Shown: one piece after another, positions 12,051 to 27,347 of the stretch
Position numbering within the stretch: the stretch's first letter is position 1
Layout of the letters: the number at the start of each line of letters is the position of its first letter
Source: Dictyostelium discoideum
Lineage: Eukaryota
Reading direction: 5' to 3'
Assembly (NCBI GenBank): GCA_000004695.1
Contig: CM000155.2
Location: 3,328,001 to 3,392,000, forward strand
DNA: 64,000 bases
Program-made: the position numbers and the translations under genes
The notes under the pieces: generated by a model
Seen by the model: the letters and a program-made list of their open reading frames with translations, nothing else
What the model was told of the DNA's origin: nothing
Database searches by the model: none

Positions 12051-12208
12051 AGATGGAGTTTCAGTTATGGTTCCATTTGGTGGTGTTGTGGTATTTTGAT
12101 TTGATGTTGATGGAGTTATCGTTGGTGCATCAAATATTGAATCTGATAAAGTACATGATAAAAAATATTGTAAAAAATAAATAAAATTAATAATTTATTT
12201 ATTTTCAA

Positions 12209-12262
<54 letters not shown>

Positions 12263-13124
12263 TATTATTATTAATATATAAACAAATAAATTATTATTTT
12301 TTTTAATAATTAATAATATATAAACAAATAAATTATACGAATAAAAATTGACAATTATAATATATATATTTTTAATAGTGATTAAAACTTTTTATTATTA
12401 TTATTATTTTTTTAAAAAAAAAAAAAAATTGTTTTAAAAAAAAAATAAAAATAAAAATAAAAATAAATTATATTATATTATTATTTAAATAAATACAATT
12501 GTGATGTTGTGAGTGGTACCATTATTATTTTTACTTTTTTTATTTTTTTTGAATCATTGTGTGGTTATAATAAAAAAAAAAAAAAAAAAAAAAAAAATTA
12601 AATGTAATATTTAATAAACACACACAGTATTTCTATACCTATTTTTTTTTTCATTCACTCATGGTGGTAAACTTTTTATTATTATTATTATTTTTTTTAA
12701 AAAAAAAAATTGGTGTGGGTGAATGTTTTTTTTTTTTATTTTTTTTTTTTTTATAGATATAAAAAATGATAAAACAAACTGGCATTATTATTCACCCGTA
12801 CCTGTGGGTGTACAGGAGAGTGATATGAATAAAAAAGATGAATATATATTTTCACCTTCCATTTGAGTAAAATGGTATTTTGTAGTATTGGTATTTTATT
12901 TATTTTTTTTTATTATTTTTATTTATTTATTAATTTATTTATTTATTTTTAAAAAAGGGGTTTGAAATAGTTGATAGCTCAATAATAAAAAAAATAATAA
13001 TAAATTATTCCAACTAAGGTTGTAAAATAATAAATTATATGAATGATTTAAAAAAGGGTTTTTTTTTTTTTTTTTTAACCTATTTTTAGGTTTACTTAAA
13101 AGGATACCATTTTTATTATTATTA

Positions 13125-13201
<77 letters not shown>

Positions 13202-13292
13202 TTATTATTATTAACTTGAAGTTTGGGTGTTGATAACAAATCAAAAAAAAAAAAAAAAGTATTATATAGACATAATATTAATAGTTTCATAT

Positions 13293-13393
13293 TTAAAAAT
13301 TTCCTCCAGTTTTAAAGAAAGAGTCAATTTCATTATCTCTTTCATTATTTTTGAATGGACTTTTTATTGGTCCAAAAAGTGGTGAAGGATTTG

Positions 13394-13480
<87 letters not shown>

Positions 13481-14055
13481 TATTATTACTATTATTATTA
13501 CTATTATTATTATTGTTATTTGAAGTATTATTAGTTTGTGAATTCATCATTTTATAAGTTGGAGATGAGAATGGTGAAATTTCATCGCCACTACTAGTTT
13601 TATTGTGAATATTACTATTTTTATTATTATTGTTGTTGTTGTTATTATTATTATCTGATAAACTAATTGGGGTGAGAGTTCTTGGTTCAAAAGGAGGAGA
13701 AAGTTCAGGTGTTGTTAGGAAAGTTCTTCTTGCTATTGGTTTGGTTACACTAAAAAGGTTTTCTGGTTGTTGTTGGTGTTGTTGTTGTTGGTTGTGATGA
13801 TATTGTGGTGATGTTGCTATAATGGGTATTTGAATCCATTTTTGTTGTTGTTGTTGCTGTTGCTGTTGCTGTTGCTGTTGTTGTTGTTGTTGTTGTTGTT
13901 GATTGTACTGATTTTGTATATATTGGTCTTGGTGTGATTGTTGATGGTTATTATAATGTTGATTTCTGTGTTGATTTTGTTGAGATTGTTGTTGTTGAGG
14001 TTGTTTAAATGTCATAGTTTCTTGTTTTGGTTGTTGTTGTTGTTTTTGTTGTTGC

Positions 14056-14130
<75 letters not shown>

Positions 14131-14700
14131 ATTTTAGAGATACTAAAATAATTTTCTTTTTCAACCTCTAGTAGCATAGTTTTAATTAAATTGTTTCTAT
14201 CATTATATTCTTGTATTAAATCTATTGTTGGTTTTGAAATTTCAAAATTACTAATACTTAAACTATTTTCTTTTATTTCTACATTGTTTCTATTATTATT
14301 AATTTTTGTTAGGAAATAGTGATCATATATATATTTATATTTAATTTTATACATACAATTTTGGGAATATACCATGAATATGTAGTACTGATCCATTGTT
14401 ATTATTACTATTATTATTATTACCACCATTGGGTGAATCATTACCATGATCTATTGTAATTTCAGTAATTGTTGAATCATCTCTTAATGATATTATATTT
14501 TCAATATCACCATTTTTATTTAAATAAATCTCTAATGGGGCAATACAAACTCTATTATTATTATTCTTTGATGATTCACTATTGATTGGTTCAGATTCTA
14601 CATATAAACTATCTGGTATTTCTTCACCTTCATATACATAATGTATAAATGGTATATATGATTTTGATGTACTTATATCATGTAAAACTACTGTTGACAT
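13293..14700 (-). CDS. Gln/Asn-rich hypothetical protein. Two exons: 14700..about 14373 and about 14278..13293.
   Basis: The track ORFs 14347-14700 and 13293-14447 can be joined by an intron. The donor is CAT G / GTATATTCC and the acceptor is ...AATGTAG / AA ATA AAA. This restores the frame as ...SVLHIHEIKENSLSISNFEISKPT.... The alternative acceptor AAAAG would also fit the same phase. Long polyQ tracts are encoded by (CAA/CAG)n. Confidence 0.45.
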
Positions 14701-14917
14701 TATTTTTATTAAATTAAATATAAAAAAAAAAAAAAAAAAAATAATTTTAAAAAAAAAAAAAAATTAAAAAAATAATTAAAAAATAAAATAAATTAAAAAT
14801 TATTTCTTCAAAAATAAAAAAAAAAAGGTGTCGTACAACTTTAACATTGGAAAAATTTTTATTATTTGTTAATTTGTAAGATTTTTAAATAAATAAAAAA
14901 TAAATAAAAATAAATAA

Positions 14918-14952
<35 letters not shown>

Positions 14953-15108
14953 AAAAAGGAAGAACTATAATTAGAAATCTTTTTTTATTTTTTTTTTTTT
15001 ATTTTTTTTTTTTTTTTGGATCTTCAATTAATTTTTTTTTTTATTAATTTTTAAATTTTTTTTTTATTTTTTTAATTTATATTAATTAACAAACAAATAA
15101 AAAACAAA

Positions 15109-15984
15109 ATGGAGTATAAACCATTATTTTATAGTATAAGTCCAATAAAATTAATTATTGAAGAAAGGGAACAATTTAATGCATTATCAGAATTAGAAAA
15201 ATATTCAAATATTGCAGTCCCAGAAATATATTTAGGTATTTATTATTTTAATTTTAATTTTAATTTTATTTTATTTTTTTTTTTCACTTTATTTAAAAAA
15301 GTTTTTTTTTTTTTTTAATATTATTATTATTAATTCTTTTTTATTTTTTTAAAAAAATAAAAAAAAAAAGGTAATTCACCCGGAGCATTAAATGAAACAT
15401 TAAAAATATTTTTAAAAAATAATAAAAATTATAATGGACCATTAGTTATTGCAGTCAATGGACATAGTATTGAAAGTGGTAATGTTTATAGTGGTAAATT
15501 TATTGACCATGAATTTAAAGAACAATTTATATTTGATCCAGTAAAACTATGGTCAGGTTATTTATATTTAGATGGTTTAGAGAAATTACTTAAAGAATAT
15601 TGGAATGGTAAAAAAGTTTACATTGTTTTCGTTCATTGTACAGGTGATAGTATTTTATTTTTAGAGAATTTAAATAAACAATTTCAAAAGGAATGTCCAA
15701 CTCAACCAATTCCATCCAATGTTTCATTTGTTGCATTAAATGGTTCAATTGAGAATGATTTATCAAGACAAGTTCAATTATGTAAATGGTTAAATTTAAA
15801 ATTTAAAAATTCTCAAAAATCAATCATTGAACCAATTCAAAGTCCAACAATTGCGACAAAATTACAAATTTCAAATAATCCACAATATTCATCACTCTTT
15901 AAAAATGAAATTGATTATCAAAATAATATAATCCATTCATGTTCTGAATTAACAAATAATCAAATTAATTCATATAATTTTTAA
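15109..15984 (+). CDS. Hypothetical protein of about 245 aa. Two exons: 15109..15235 and 15371..15984.
   Basis: Exon 1 is MEYKPLFYSISPIKLIIEEREQFNALSELEKYSNIAVPEIYL, then G plus a GTATTT donor at 15236. The intron is AT-rich and the acceptor is ...AAAAAAAAG at 15370. Exon 2 is a 203-codon open frame (GNSPGALNETLKIFLKNNKNYNGPLVIAVNGHSIESGNVY...IVFVHCTGDSILFLENL...). It contains no Met at all, so it is absent from the ORF track. The stop TAA is at 15982. Confidence 0.55.
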
Positions 15985-15991
15985 ATGAAAA

Positions 15992-16030
<39 letters not shown>

Positions 16031-16067
16031 GTTATAAATTCAAAAAAAAAAAGTTTATTATTTATAT

Positions 16068-16635
16068 TTAATTTTCACAAAATGGAATATTAATAAAGTG
16101 TATATTTAATTTATAATTATCATTGTTATTTATATTATTATTATTATTAATATTATTATTGTTGTTGTTGTTGTTACTATTTTCATTAATACTAGTATTA
16201 TTATTTTCCTGAAATGATTTCTTATTATAATTGTTTATTGAAATGATTGATTCTGAATATGGTGATTGTTTTTCTTTTTCTTTTTCTTTTTCTTTTTCTT
16301 TTTCTTTTTCTTTTTCATGTGATTGCTGTGGTGGTGGAAATGGTGGTGGAAGTAATGGCGATGATTGATTTATATAATTTGGAAATAAGTTTGATAAAAT
16401 TGGAAAAGATCTTTCAGTATAATATTGAACCGATTTATTTTGATGAAAAAGGTATTGTTGTTGTAATGGTGGTGATGGTGATAATGGTGGAGAATATTGA
16501 GTTGGTGGAGATGGTTGGGGTAAAATTATATTATTCTTTTGGATTTGTAAATCATGGCTTTTAATAGTATTGTTATTTATTATGTTATTATTATTATTAA
16601 TATTATTATTAATTTGTTGTTGTTGTTGTTGTTGA

Positions 16636-16667
<32 letters not shown>

Positions 16668-17472
16668 TAATTTTTCTTGTTTTATTTTTTTGGCAGGTCT
16701 TTTCTTTTTTTTGGTTGGATAGTCATCATCATTTGAGAAAGTGAAATTAACATTATTTGGAATGTGTGGTATTTTTAAATCTACGAGATATGAGTTAATG
16801 CTATCAATGAATTGGTAATCCAAACAATCAAATTGAATTGATGGTTGTTTTAATAAATTTGATATATAATTATTTTGATTATTATTATTTTGATTATTTT
16901 GATTATTTTGATTATAAAATTTATTTAAAAAATTAATTAATAATGGTTTTGGTTTAATTGAGAGTTTAACAGATTCAGTTGTATATTTTTGATTCTTTGG
17001 TATTGAAAGGTCATCACGAAGGTAATGACGAATTACAACTTGATATATGTAACGATTCCAATTGACAAGTAATGAATATTCCCAGAGTTTAATTGCTGTA
17101 TCATCTTGATAAGTTAATGTTCTCTTTGATGAACTAAAACTTTTAGTCATTGATCCAATTGATATTATCACTTCAACACCATTTTGTTTCCAATTTCCAC
17201 TATTTGGTAATTTTCTTTTTTTAACTTTACTTTCAGTTAATACAAAATGAATAGTACCACCTAAATTAAATTAATTAATTAATAAATAAAAAATAAATTA
17301 TTTAATTAATAAATAATAAATTTATAGACTTACTTTCAATATTTCCTAATGATTGTATCTCTGATAATACTAAAAGTTTATTATCGTTCATATAAATATC
17401 AAAATATTGTCCAAGTTTATATTCTACATATAATAATATACAATAATATTGGTCTAATGTTCTATGATTCAT
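16068..17472 (-). CDS. Hypothetical protein of about 445 aa with a Q/N/P-rich C-terminal half. Two exons: 17472..17334 and 17260..16068.
   Basis: Exon 1 is MNHRTLDQYYCILLYVEYKLGQYFDIYMNDNKLLVLSEIQSLGNIE, then A plus a GTAAGTCTAT donor. The acceptor is ...TTAATTTAG and exon 2 is GTGGTACT... in frame with the 16068-17171 ORF (SGTIHFVLTESKVKKRKLPNSGNWKQNGVEV...). No confident domain assignment could be made. Confidence 0.55.
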
Positions 17473-17550
17473 TGTATTTGTTAGTGGTGTTTGTGTGTGT
17501 GTGTTTTATTTGATTTATATTAAATTAATAATAAATAATTTTTTTTTTAT

Positions 17551-17588
<38 letters not shown>

Positions 17589-18215
17589 AAATTAAAAATA
17601 AATTAAATAATTTAATAGAAAGACACACACAAACAAATATAGAGAGAGATAGAAAATTGATTTATTATGATAAAAAAATGAAAAAAATGAAATGTAAAAT
17701 AAAAAAAAAAAAAAAAAGTGAATATGTTTATTACAATGAAAAGTTAGGGGGGGATGAAACACACATACCCATTTTATCATAAATCTACAAAATTTGGAAA
17801 TGGTTTTTTTTTATAGGAATAAATTTTTTTTTTTTATCATAATTAAAATAAAAAATAAGAATTAATTAAACATCAGCTTTATTATTATCCAAAAAAATAA
17901 AAAAATAAAAAAAAAAAAGTGTTAAAATCTAAATTAAGCAAATATATATATATATTTTTTTTTTTTTTATATATAATTAAAAAAAAAAAAAAAAAATTAC
18001 TAATTTTGATTTACTTTTGCTTATTTTAAATTATTTTGGAATTTTTTTCCTTTTTCAGTTTAATTATCACTAATTTAAAAAGTAAATTGAAATTTATTAA
18101 TTTATTTTTTTTTTTTTTTTTTTTTTCAATTCATTTTTTTCAATTTTCCTTTTTTTTTTTATTTTTTTTTTTTTTTTAATTCATTTTTTTTATTTTATTT
18201 TTTTAAAAAAAAGAA

Positions 18216-19790
18216 ATGAATGGAGTTGATATAAATTCAAATTTAGATTCAATTAAAGCAAAAGCAGAAGATATTAGAAATTTATTATTAACAACTTCAA
18301 CTGGTAATTGGGAGGATATTTTAGGACATTTTGTAGTATTATCAGGTGAATATGGATCATTAGTCAGAGAGGTCAATAATATATACGATAGTGTTGCAGT
18401 ATTTCCTGAACAAGTTACAGGTGATCCAAATTTAATACCAAATTTATTAAGAACAAAACTATCACCAGAATTGGAGACCAAGAATAGAGATATCATAAAT
18501 CAATACGTTTCAAAGAATTCCACTCACTATGATCCTGGAAATCAAGAGGAGAATATACCACCATTGAAATTACATATAAAATCATTCAATGATAGAATAG
18601 ATAAAGTGGATCAAGAATTTGAGAATAAAATTCAACAAATCAGTAAACATAAATTAACCAAACCATCAGCATCCCACGATACCGCAATCCTCAAAGACAT
18701 CCTCTCCATCACAATGCTAGGATCAGGTATTAAAATCAATGCTCAACAACAATTAGCACAACAACAACAACAACAAGCTACAATCAATGCATTACAACAA
18801 CAACAAAGATTATTAAATGCACAACAACAACAACAACAGCAACAACAACCACAAGCATTATATAAATTACCTGCTACAAATACTGCAAATACTTCAACTA
18901 ATACACCATCATCAACAATTGTAATTAATTCACCATCACCTGGTGGTATTCATCATAATGTACCAACACCACCAACCAATCTAAATGCTGCTGGTACTAG
19001 AACTTCACCACCAAATGTACAGCAATATGTAAATTCACCACCACCACAACAACAACAGCAACAACAAATTAATACAGTCATTGGAACACCAAATACAATA
19101 CCAACCACACCAACAGCAACAGTATCAACTGCTGCCACTTATAAACCAGTGGCATCACCACAACAACAAGTTACTTCTAAGCAAGTACCAATACAGTCAA
19201 CAAATAAACCATTACCACAACAACAACCTTCAATACAAATTCAACCACAACAATCTATTGTGCAAATGGTGCAGAATGTTTTACCAAATACAACTTCACC
19301 ACCTGTTAACAATAATAATCAATCACCAATTAATAGTGGTATTGGAGGAGGTCAATTTAAACCATCAGCTATTAATATTGCAAATGCAAATAGTGGTACA
19401 TCAACAATTCAACAACAAATTCAATTACAACAACAACAATTACAACAACAAATTCAATTACAACAACAATTAGCACAGCAGCAACAACAAAATCAACAAA
19501 ATCAACAAAATCAACAAAACCAGCAAAACCAACAAAATCAACAAATTCATCAACATATTCAACATTTAACACCACAACAACAAGCTCAATTACAACAACA
19601 AATGTTACAACAACAACAACTTCAACAACAATTTCAACAACAACAATTATCACAACAACTTTTACAACAACAACAACTTCATCAACAACAACAACCAAAT
19701 CAAACAATTCAAAATCCATTTCATAATTTTCAAGCAAATAATTTCAGAGTTCAAAATCCTACAAATTTTAATCCACCACAAAATCAATAA
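18216..19790 (+). CDS. med8: Mediator of RNA polymerase II transcription subunit 8 homologue, with a long Gln-rich C-terminal extension.
   Basis: The N-terminal 120 aa align with metazoan MED8. GHFVVLSGEYGSLVREV corresponds to DSFALLSGQLNTLNKVL, and LLRTKLSPELETKNRDI corresponds to HLRTKPDPEVEEQEKQL. The rest is polyQ/polyN/Thr-Pro low complexity typical of Dictyostelium transcription factors. The identity is inferred from recalled motifs only. Confidence 0.6.
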   Translation: MNGVDINSNLDSIKAKAEDIRNLLLTTSTGNWEDILGHFVVLSGEYGSLVREVNNIYDSVAVFPEQVTGDPNLIPNLLRTKLSPELETKNRDIINQYVSKNSTHYDPGNQEENIPPLKLHIKSFNDRIDKVDQEFENKIQQISKHKLTKPSASHDTAILKDILSITMLGSGIKINAQQQLAQQQQQQATINALQQQQRLLNAQQQQQQQQQPQALYKLPATNTANTSTNTPSSTIVINSPSPGGIHHNVPTPPTNLNAAGTRTSPPNVQQYVNSPPPQQQQQQQINTVIGTPNTIPTTPTATVSTAATYKPVASPQQQVTSKQVPIQSTNKPLPQQQPSIQIQPQQSIVQMVQNVLPNTTSPPVNNNNQSPINSGIGGGQFKPSAINIANANSGTSTIQQQIQLQQQQLQQQIQLQQQLAQQQQQNQQNQQNQQNQQNQQNQQIHQHIQHLTPQQQAQLQQQMLQQQQLQQQFQQQQLSQQLLQQQQLHQQQQPNQTIQNPFHNFQANNFRVQNPTNFNPPQNQ

Positions 19791-20759
19791 AAGTAAATAT
19801 AAATATAAAAATTTATATTTAGAAAAAAAAAAAAAAAATTATTTGATCTGAGACCATAATATTTTATGAATATTTTTTTAATTATTAAAAAAAAAAAAAA
19901 AAAACTAAAAATTAAAACTCACTTAATTTAGGCACATCATTTTTTTTTTTATTTTTTTTTATTTGGATTGTTTTTAAAAAAAAAAAAAAAAAAAAAAGTT
20001 TATATAAAATAGTAGTGGAGAAAAAAAAAAAAAAAAAACAGTTTACGATGGTGCATTAATAAAAAAAAAACAAAAAAAGATAAAAATAAATTTCCCCCAT
20101 CACACAACAACATAAATCCACTCTTTCAAAAACAAATAATTAATTATTTAAAAAAAAATAAAAAAAATAAAAATTACCATTTTCAAATAATTTTATTTTG
20201 TATTTTTTACAAATTGGGGTGGTTTTTTTTTTTTTTTTTTTAAATATTCAATTGAATTATTAATTTTAATTTTAAAAAAAAAAAATTCAACACGCACATT
20301 TCAACCTCACACTCTCTCTGGCTTCTCTCTTTCTCTTATTTAATTTAAAATTCAACTTTTAAAAATATTTTCTATCTACAAATTGATAGCAGATCGTATA
20401 TTGGAAAAAAAACTAAAAATAAAAAAAAAATAATTAAAAAAATAATTTAAAAAAATTAAATTAAAAATAAACAAATAAGGTTTTTTTTTTTTTTTATCAG
20501 ACACCCACCCCACTATATATAATTTATTTAATAAAAAAAAAAATAAAAAAAAAAAAAAATAATAAAAAAAAACAATATTAAAAATATAATGTAATGTTTT
20601 AGGAAAAAAAAAAAAAAAAAAATTAAAATACAATTTATATGTTGCACATATAAATTGAAAAACACCAATAATAATAATAATCAAAATAAAAATTATTATT
20701 ATTATTATAATATAAAATTAAAATAAAATAAAAATAAAAAATATAATAATAATTTAAAA

Positions 20760-24734
<3,975 letters not shown>

Positions 24735-24977
24735 TTAATAATTTTTATAATAATAATAAAAAAAAAAAAAGGCGCTTCACCCCCTATACATATATATGTA
24801 TTTATATAAACTTTCAAAAAGATTTTTATTACTTTTTTTTTAATTTTTTTACTCTTGTGTAAAATTAAAAATGTTGGTAACCTAATAATTATTATAATTA
24901 ATATTTTTTAAATTATTAAAAATATTATTAAATTGAAATAATGGTGAATCAGTTAATTGTTTCTCGACTGGATTTGA

Positions 24978-25250
24978 TTATTGTTTACTGCTTCTACTAC
25001 TACTACCATTACTACTACTAATACTACAACTACTACAACTACCACTACTACCACTAAGTATTCTCTCTGGTAATTTCTCATTTGATTTATCTGGGTTACG
25101 AGTGCCTAAAAATTCCCAAATAAAACCAGATTGAGGCTGTAGATGTGCTGGTGGGGGGTAAAATGCTCCAACCCTTATATGAGTAATAGAGTTGATACAT
25201 GAAAAGAATAAAAAAATAAATAACAGTAAGGGGATTGAGAACTTAAACAT
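24978..25250 (-). CDS. Possible small secreted protein of 90 aa: signal peptide plus Ser/Gly/Cys-rich tail.
   Basis: MFKFSIPLLLFIFLFFSCINS is a signal-peptide-like N-terminus. The remainder is non-repetitive. A G12 run sits about 135 bp upstream at 25381-25392. There is no homology support. Confidence 0.3.
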   Translation of the reverse strand: MFKFSIPLLLFIFLFFSCINSITHIRVGAFYPPPAHLQPQSGFIWEFLGTRNPDKSNEKLPERILSGSSGSCSSCSISSSNGSSSRSSKQ

Positions 25251-25922
25251 TTTTTAAAAAATAATGCAAATAATTTGTAAATAAAAAAAGAATAAATAAA
25301 AGAAAAATATATTCCTATATTTAAAAAATAAAATAAAAAATACATATGATAATAAATAAAAAATAAAATACCACCAATTTAACAAAGGGGGGGGGGGGTA
25401 CCACAAATAAACAAAATATAACACCACCAATTTTTTATCTTTTTACATAAAAAGATTAGTTTTTTTTTTATTTTTTTTATATTTCAATTAAGTTACAAAA
25501 ATGTGGAAGTACAAAAAATAATATGAATTTTCAAAAAAACTTAGTATTAACAGATGTTTAATTGAAGATATAACTGGAGACCTCTCAACATAAAAAAAAG
25601 AATGCACCAAAGGTTGAAATAATAATGATTGACATTGTTGAAAAAATATTTAGAGATTGTACTACCATGTTCACAAATTACTTTAAAGATGCTAAAATTG
25701 GAATAAAAAGAAAAGACCAATGTAGTGGAGTTAATTATTATATTTATTTGAAAGAGAAGAAGAAGATTGTGAATTTTTAAAAAATAAATAGTCAGGTTGT
25801 TCATTTAAGTCAAGAAAATAGTAACAAATCTGAATCTTTAAATGGTAAATTAATAAAAAAAAAATTATAATTATATTTATGTTATTGAAAAATAATTAAT
25901 TTGTTTGTCATGTAATATTATT

Positions 25923-25955
<33 letters not shown>

Positions 25956-26152
25956 AGAAGATAGCTATTGGCCGATGCGAAATAATATTTCCAGTATTAT
26001 CTGATTTTTGATTTAATAAATGCAAATTAATTACTGATGGAAAAAATAGGCTTTTTGTTAAAAAAAAAAAAAAAAAGATTCTTAATTATTTTTTTGATAA
26101 TTTAATAAGAAAATGAAAGAGTTTTTTTTTTTTTTTTAATTTGGGTTTATCT

Positions 26153-26162
26153 ATCCCACAAA
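26153..26162 (+). promoter_or_regulatory. DUSE-like element (ATCCCACAAA) about 70 nt upstream of the class I RNA candidate.
   Basis: It matches the recalled Dictyostelium upstream sequence element consensus (A/T)CCCA(C/T)AA, which is found about 60 nt upstream of many ncRNA genes. Confidence 0.45.
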
Positions 26163-26231
26163 ATTATTTTTTTATTTAAAATTTCTTATATAATTTTTTA
26201 ATTCTTTTTTTTAAATGTGTAAAACATTTAA

Positions 26232-26271
26232 GTTGACCTTACAGCAAATCTTGCAGAAAACCTTAGTCAAC
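26232..26271 (+). ncRNA. Class I non-coding RNA candidate (DdR-21 family)
   Basis: The sequence is GTTGAC-CCTTACAGCAA-ATCTTGCAGAAAACCTTA-GTCAAC. It has perfectly complementary 6-nt termini (GTTGAC/GTCAAC). The conserved class I 11-nt motif CCUUACAGCAA lies immediately 3' of the 5' stem. A T-run (TGTCTTTTTTTTT) follows and a DUSE-like box precedes. Confidence 0.6.
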
Positions 26272-26294
26272 TGTCTTTTTTTTTAATTATTTGG

Positions 26295-26660
26295 GATAAC
26301 TATCGTTTAAAATTAAAGCTGGTGTAGTTGGTATTCCAATGATTGTATTAATTTGTTGTTGTTATTGTTGTTGTAATGGTGGTGGATTTACATATTGCTG
26401 TGCATTTGATGGTGTTGGTGGTGGTGGTGGATTTACATATTGTTGTACATTTGGTAGTGAAGTTCTAGTACCAGCAGCATTTAGATTGGTTGGTGCAGTA
26501 TGATGAATTAATTGCAATTGTTGATGATGGTGTATTAGTTGAATTTGTATTAGAATCTGTTGTTGCTATTGTTTATTTGTTGCTTTATAAGCAGCAACAG
26601 CTGTTGTTACTGTAGTTGGTATTTCATTTGGTGTTCCAATAACTTTATTAATTTGCTGTT
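26295..26660 (-). pseudogene. Inverted, degenerate partial duplicate of the med8 coding region (corresponds to about 18880-19160), with an internal about 40-bp duplication and in-frame stops.
   Basis: The reverse complement of 18880-19100 (ggtgtggttggtattgtatttggtgttccaatgactgtattaatttgttgttgctgttg...ggtgaagttctagtaccagcagcatttagattggttgg) is recognisable at 26300-26530. By eye identity is about 85-90%. A second overlapping block 26570-26650 matches the reverse complement of 19075-19160. Confidence 0.6.
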
Positions 26661-27347
26661 GTGTTTAGTGAAATAAATTGTGGTATATAAATGTCAATTA
26701 ATAATGCTATTATAATTATTGCAAAAAAAAAAAAAAAAAAAAAGTTTATTTGTTAATTGAATAAATTGATTATTTTTATTATTATAATAAATATTATTAT
26801 TATTTATTATTATTAAAGTTATTCATTTTTGATTCCATATGGCAGTATTTTTTTTTTTTTTTTTTTTATTTGATTGGTTTTTTTTTTTTTTTTTTTAATT
26901 ATAAATTAGGTTGAATATTTTTATTTTTTTATTTTTAAAAAATAATTTATGACAAAACTGTCATTTTCCGAGCTATTTAATGATTTATGGGTGAATGGTT
27001 TCGAAAAATAACGGATCACCTGGTGGTTTTAAAAATTTAAAATAAAATAAAAAATTTTAAAATAAAAAAAAATAAAAAAAAAAAAAAAAAATATTTTCAT
27101 AATTTTTTATTTTTTTTATTTTTATTTTTATTTTTTTTGAAAAGACACCAACATTGCTTTTTTTTTTTTTTTTTTTTTTTTTTTGGAATAAAGGAAAAAG
27201 AAAAAGAAAAAAAAAAAAAAAAAAAAAAAAACAAAAAAGTTTTTGTGTAATGTAATAATTCATTTTTTTTTTTATATGAATGTAAAATCGAAAAAATATA
27301 AATAATAAATAATAAACAATAATAATAAAAAAAAAAAAAAATACTAA

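Noticed and set aside
12770-12870. Isolated GC-richer island (ctggcattattattcacccgtacctgtgggtgtacaggagagtg) sharing an 11-mer (gtgggtgtaca) with the retroelement 3' UTR at 2315.
   Set aside because: It has a palindromic core but no tRNA, class I or snRNA hallmarks. The match is too short to call.
20285-20345. CT-rich stretch (cacactctctctggcttctctctttctctt) about 420 bp upstream of the F-box gene, considered as a promoter or initiator element or untranslated 5' exon.
   Set aside because: Compositionally unusual, but no supporting motif knowledge.
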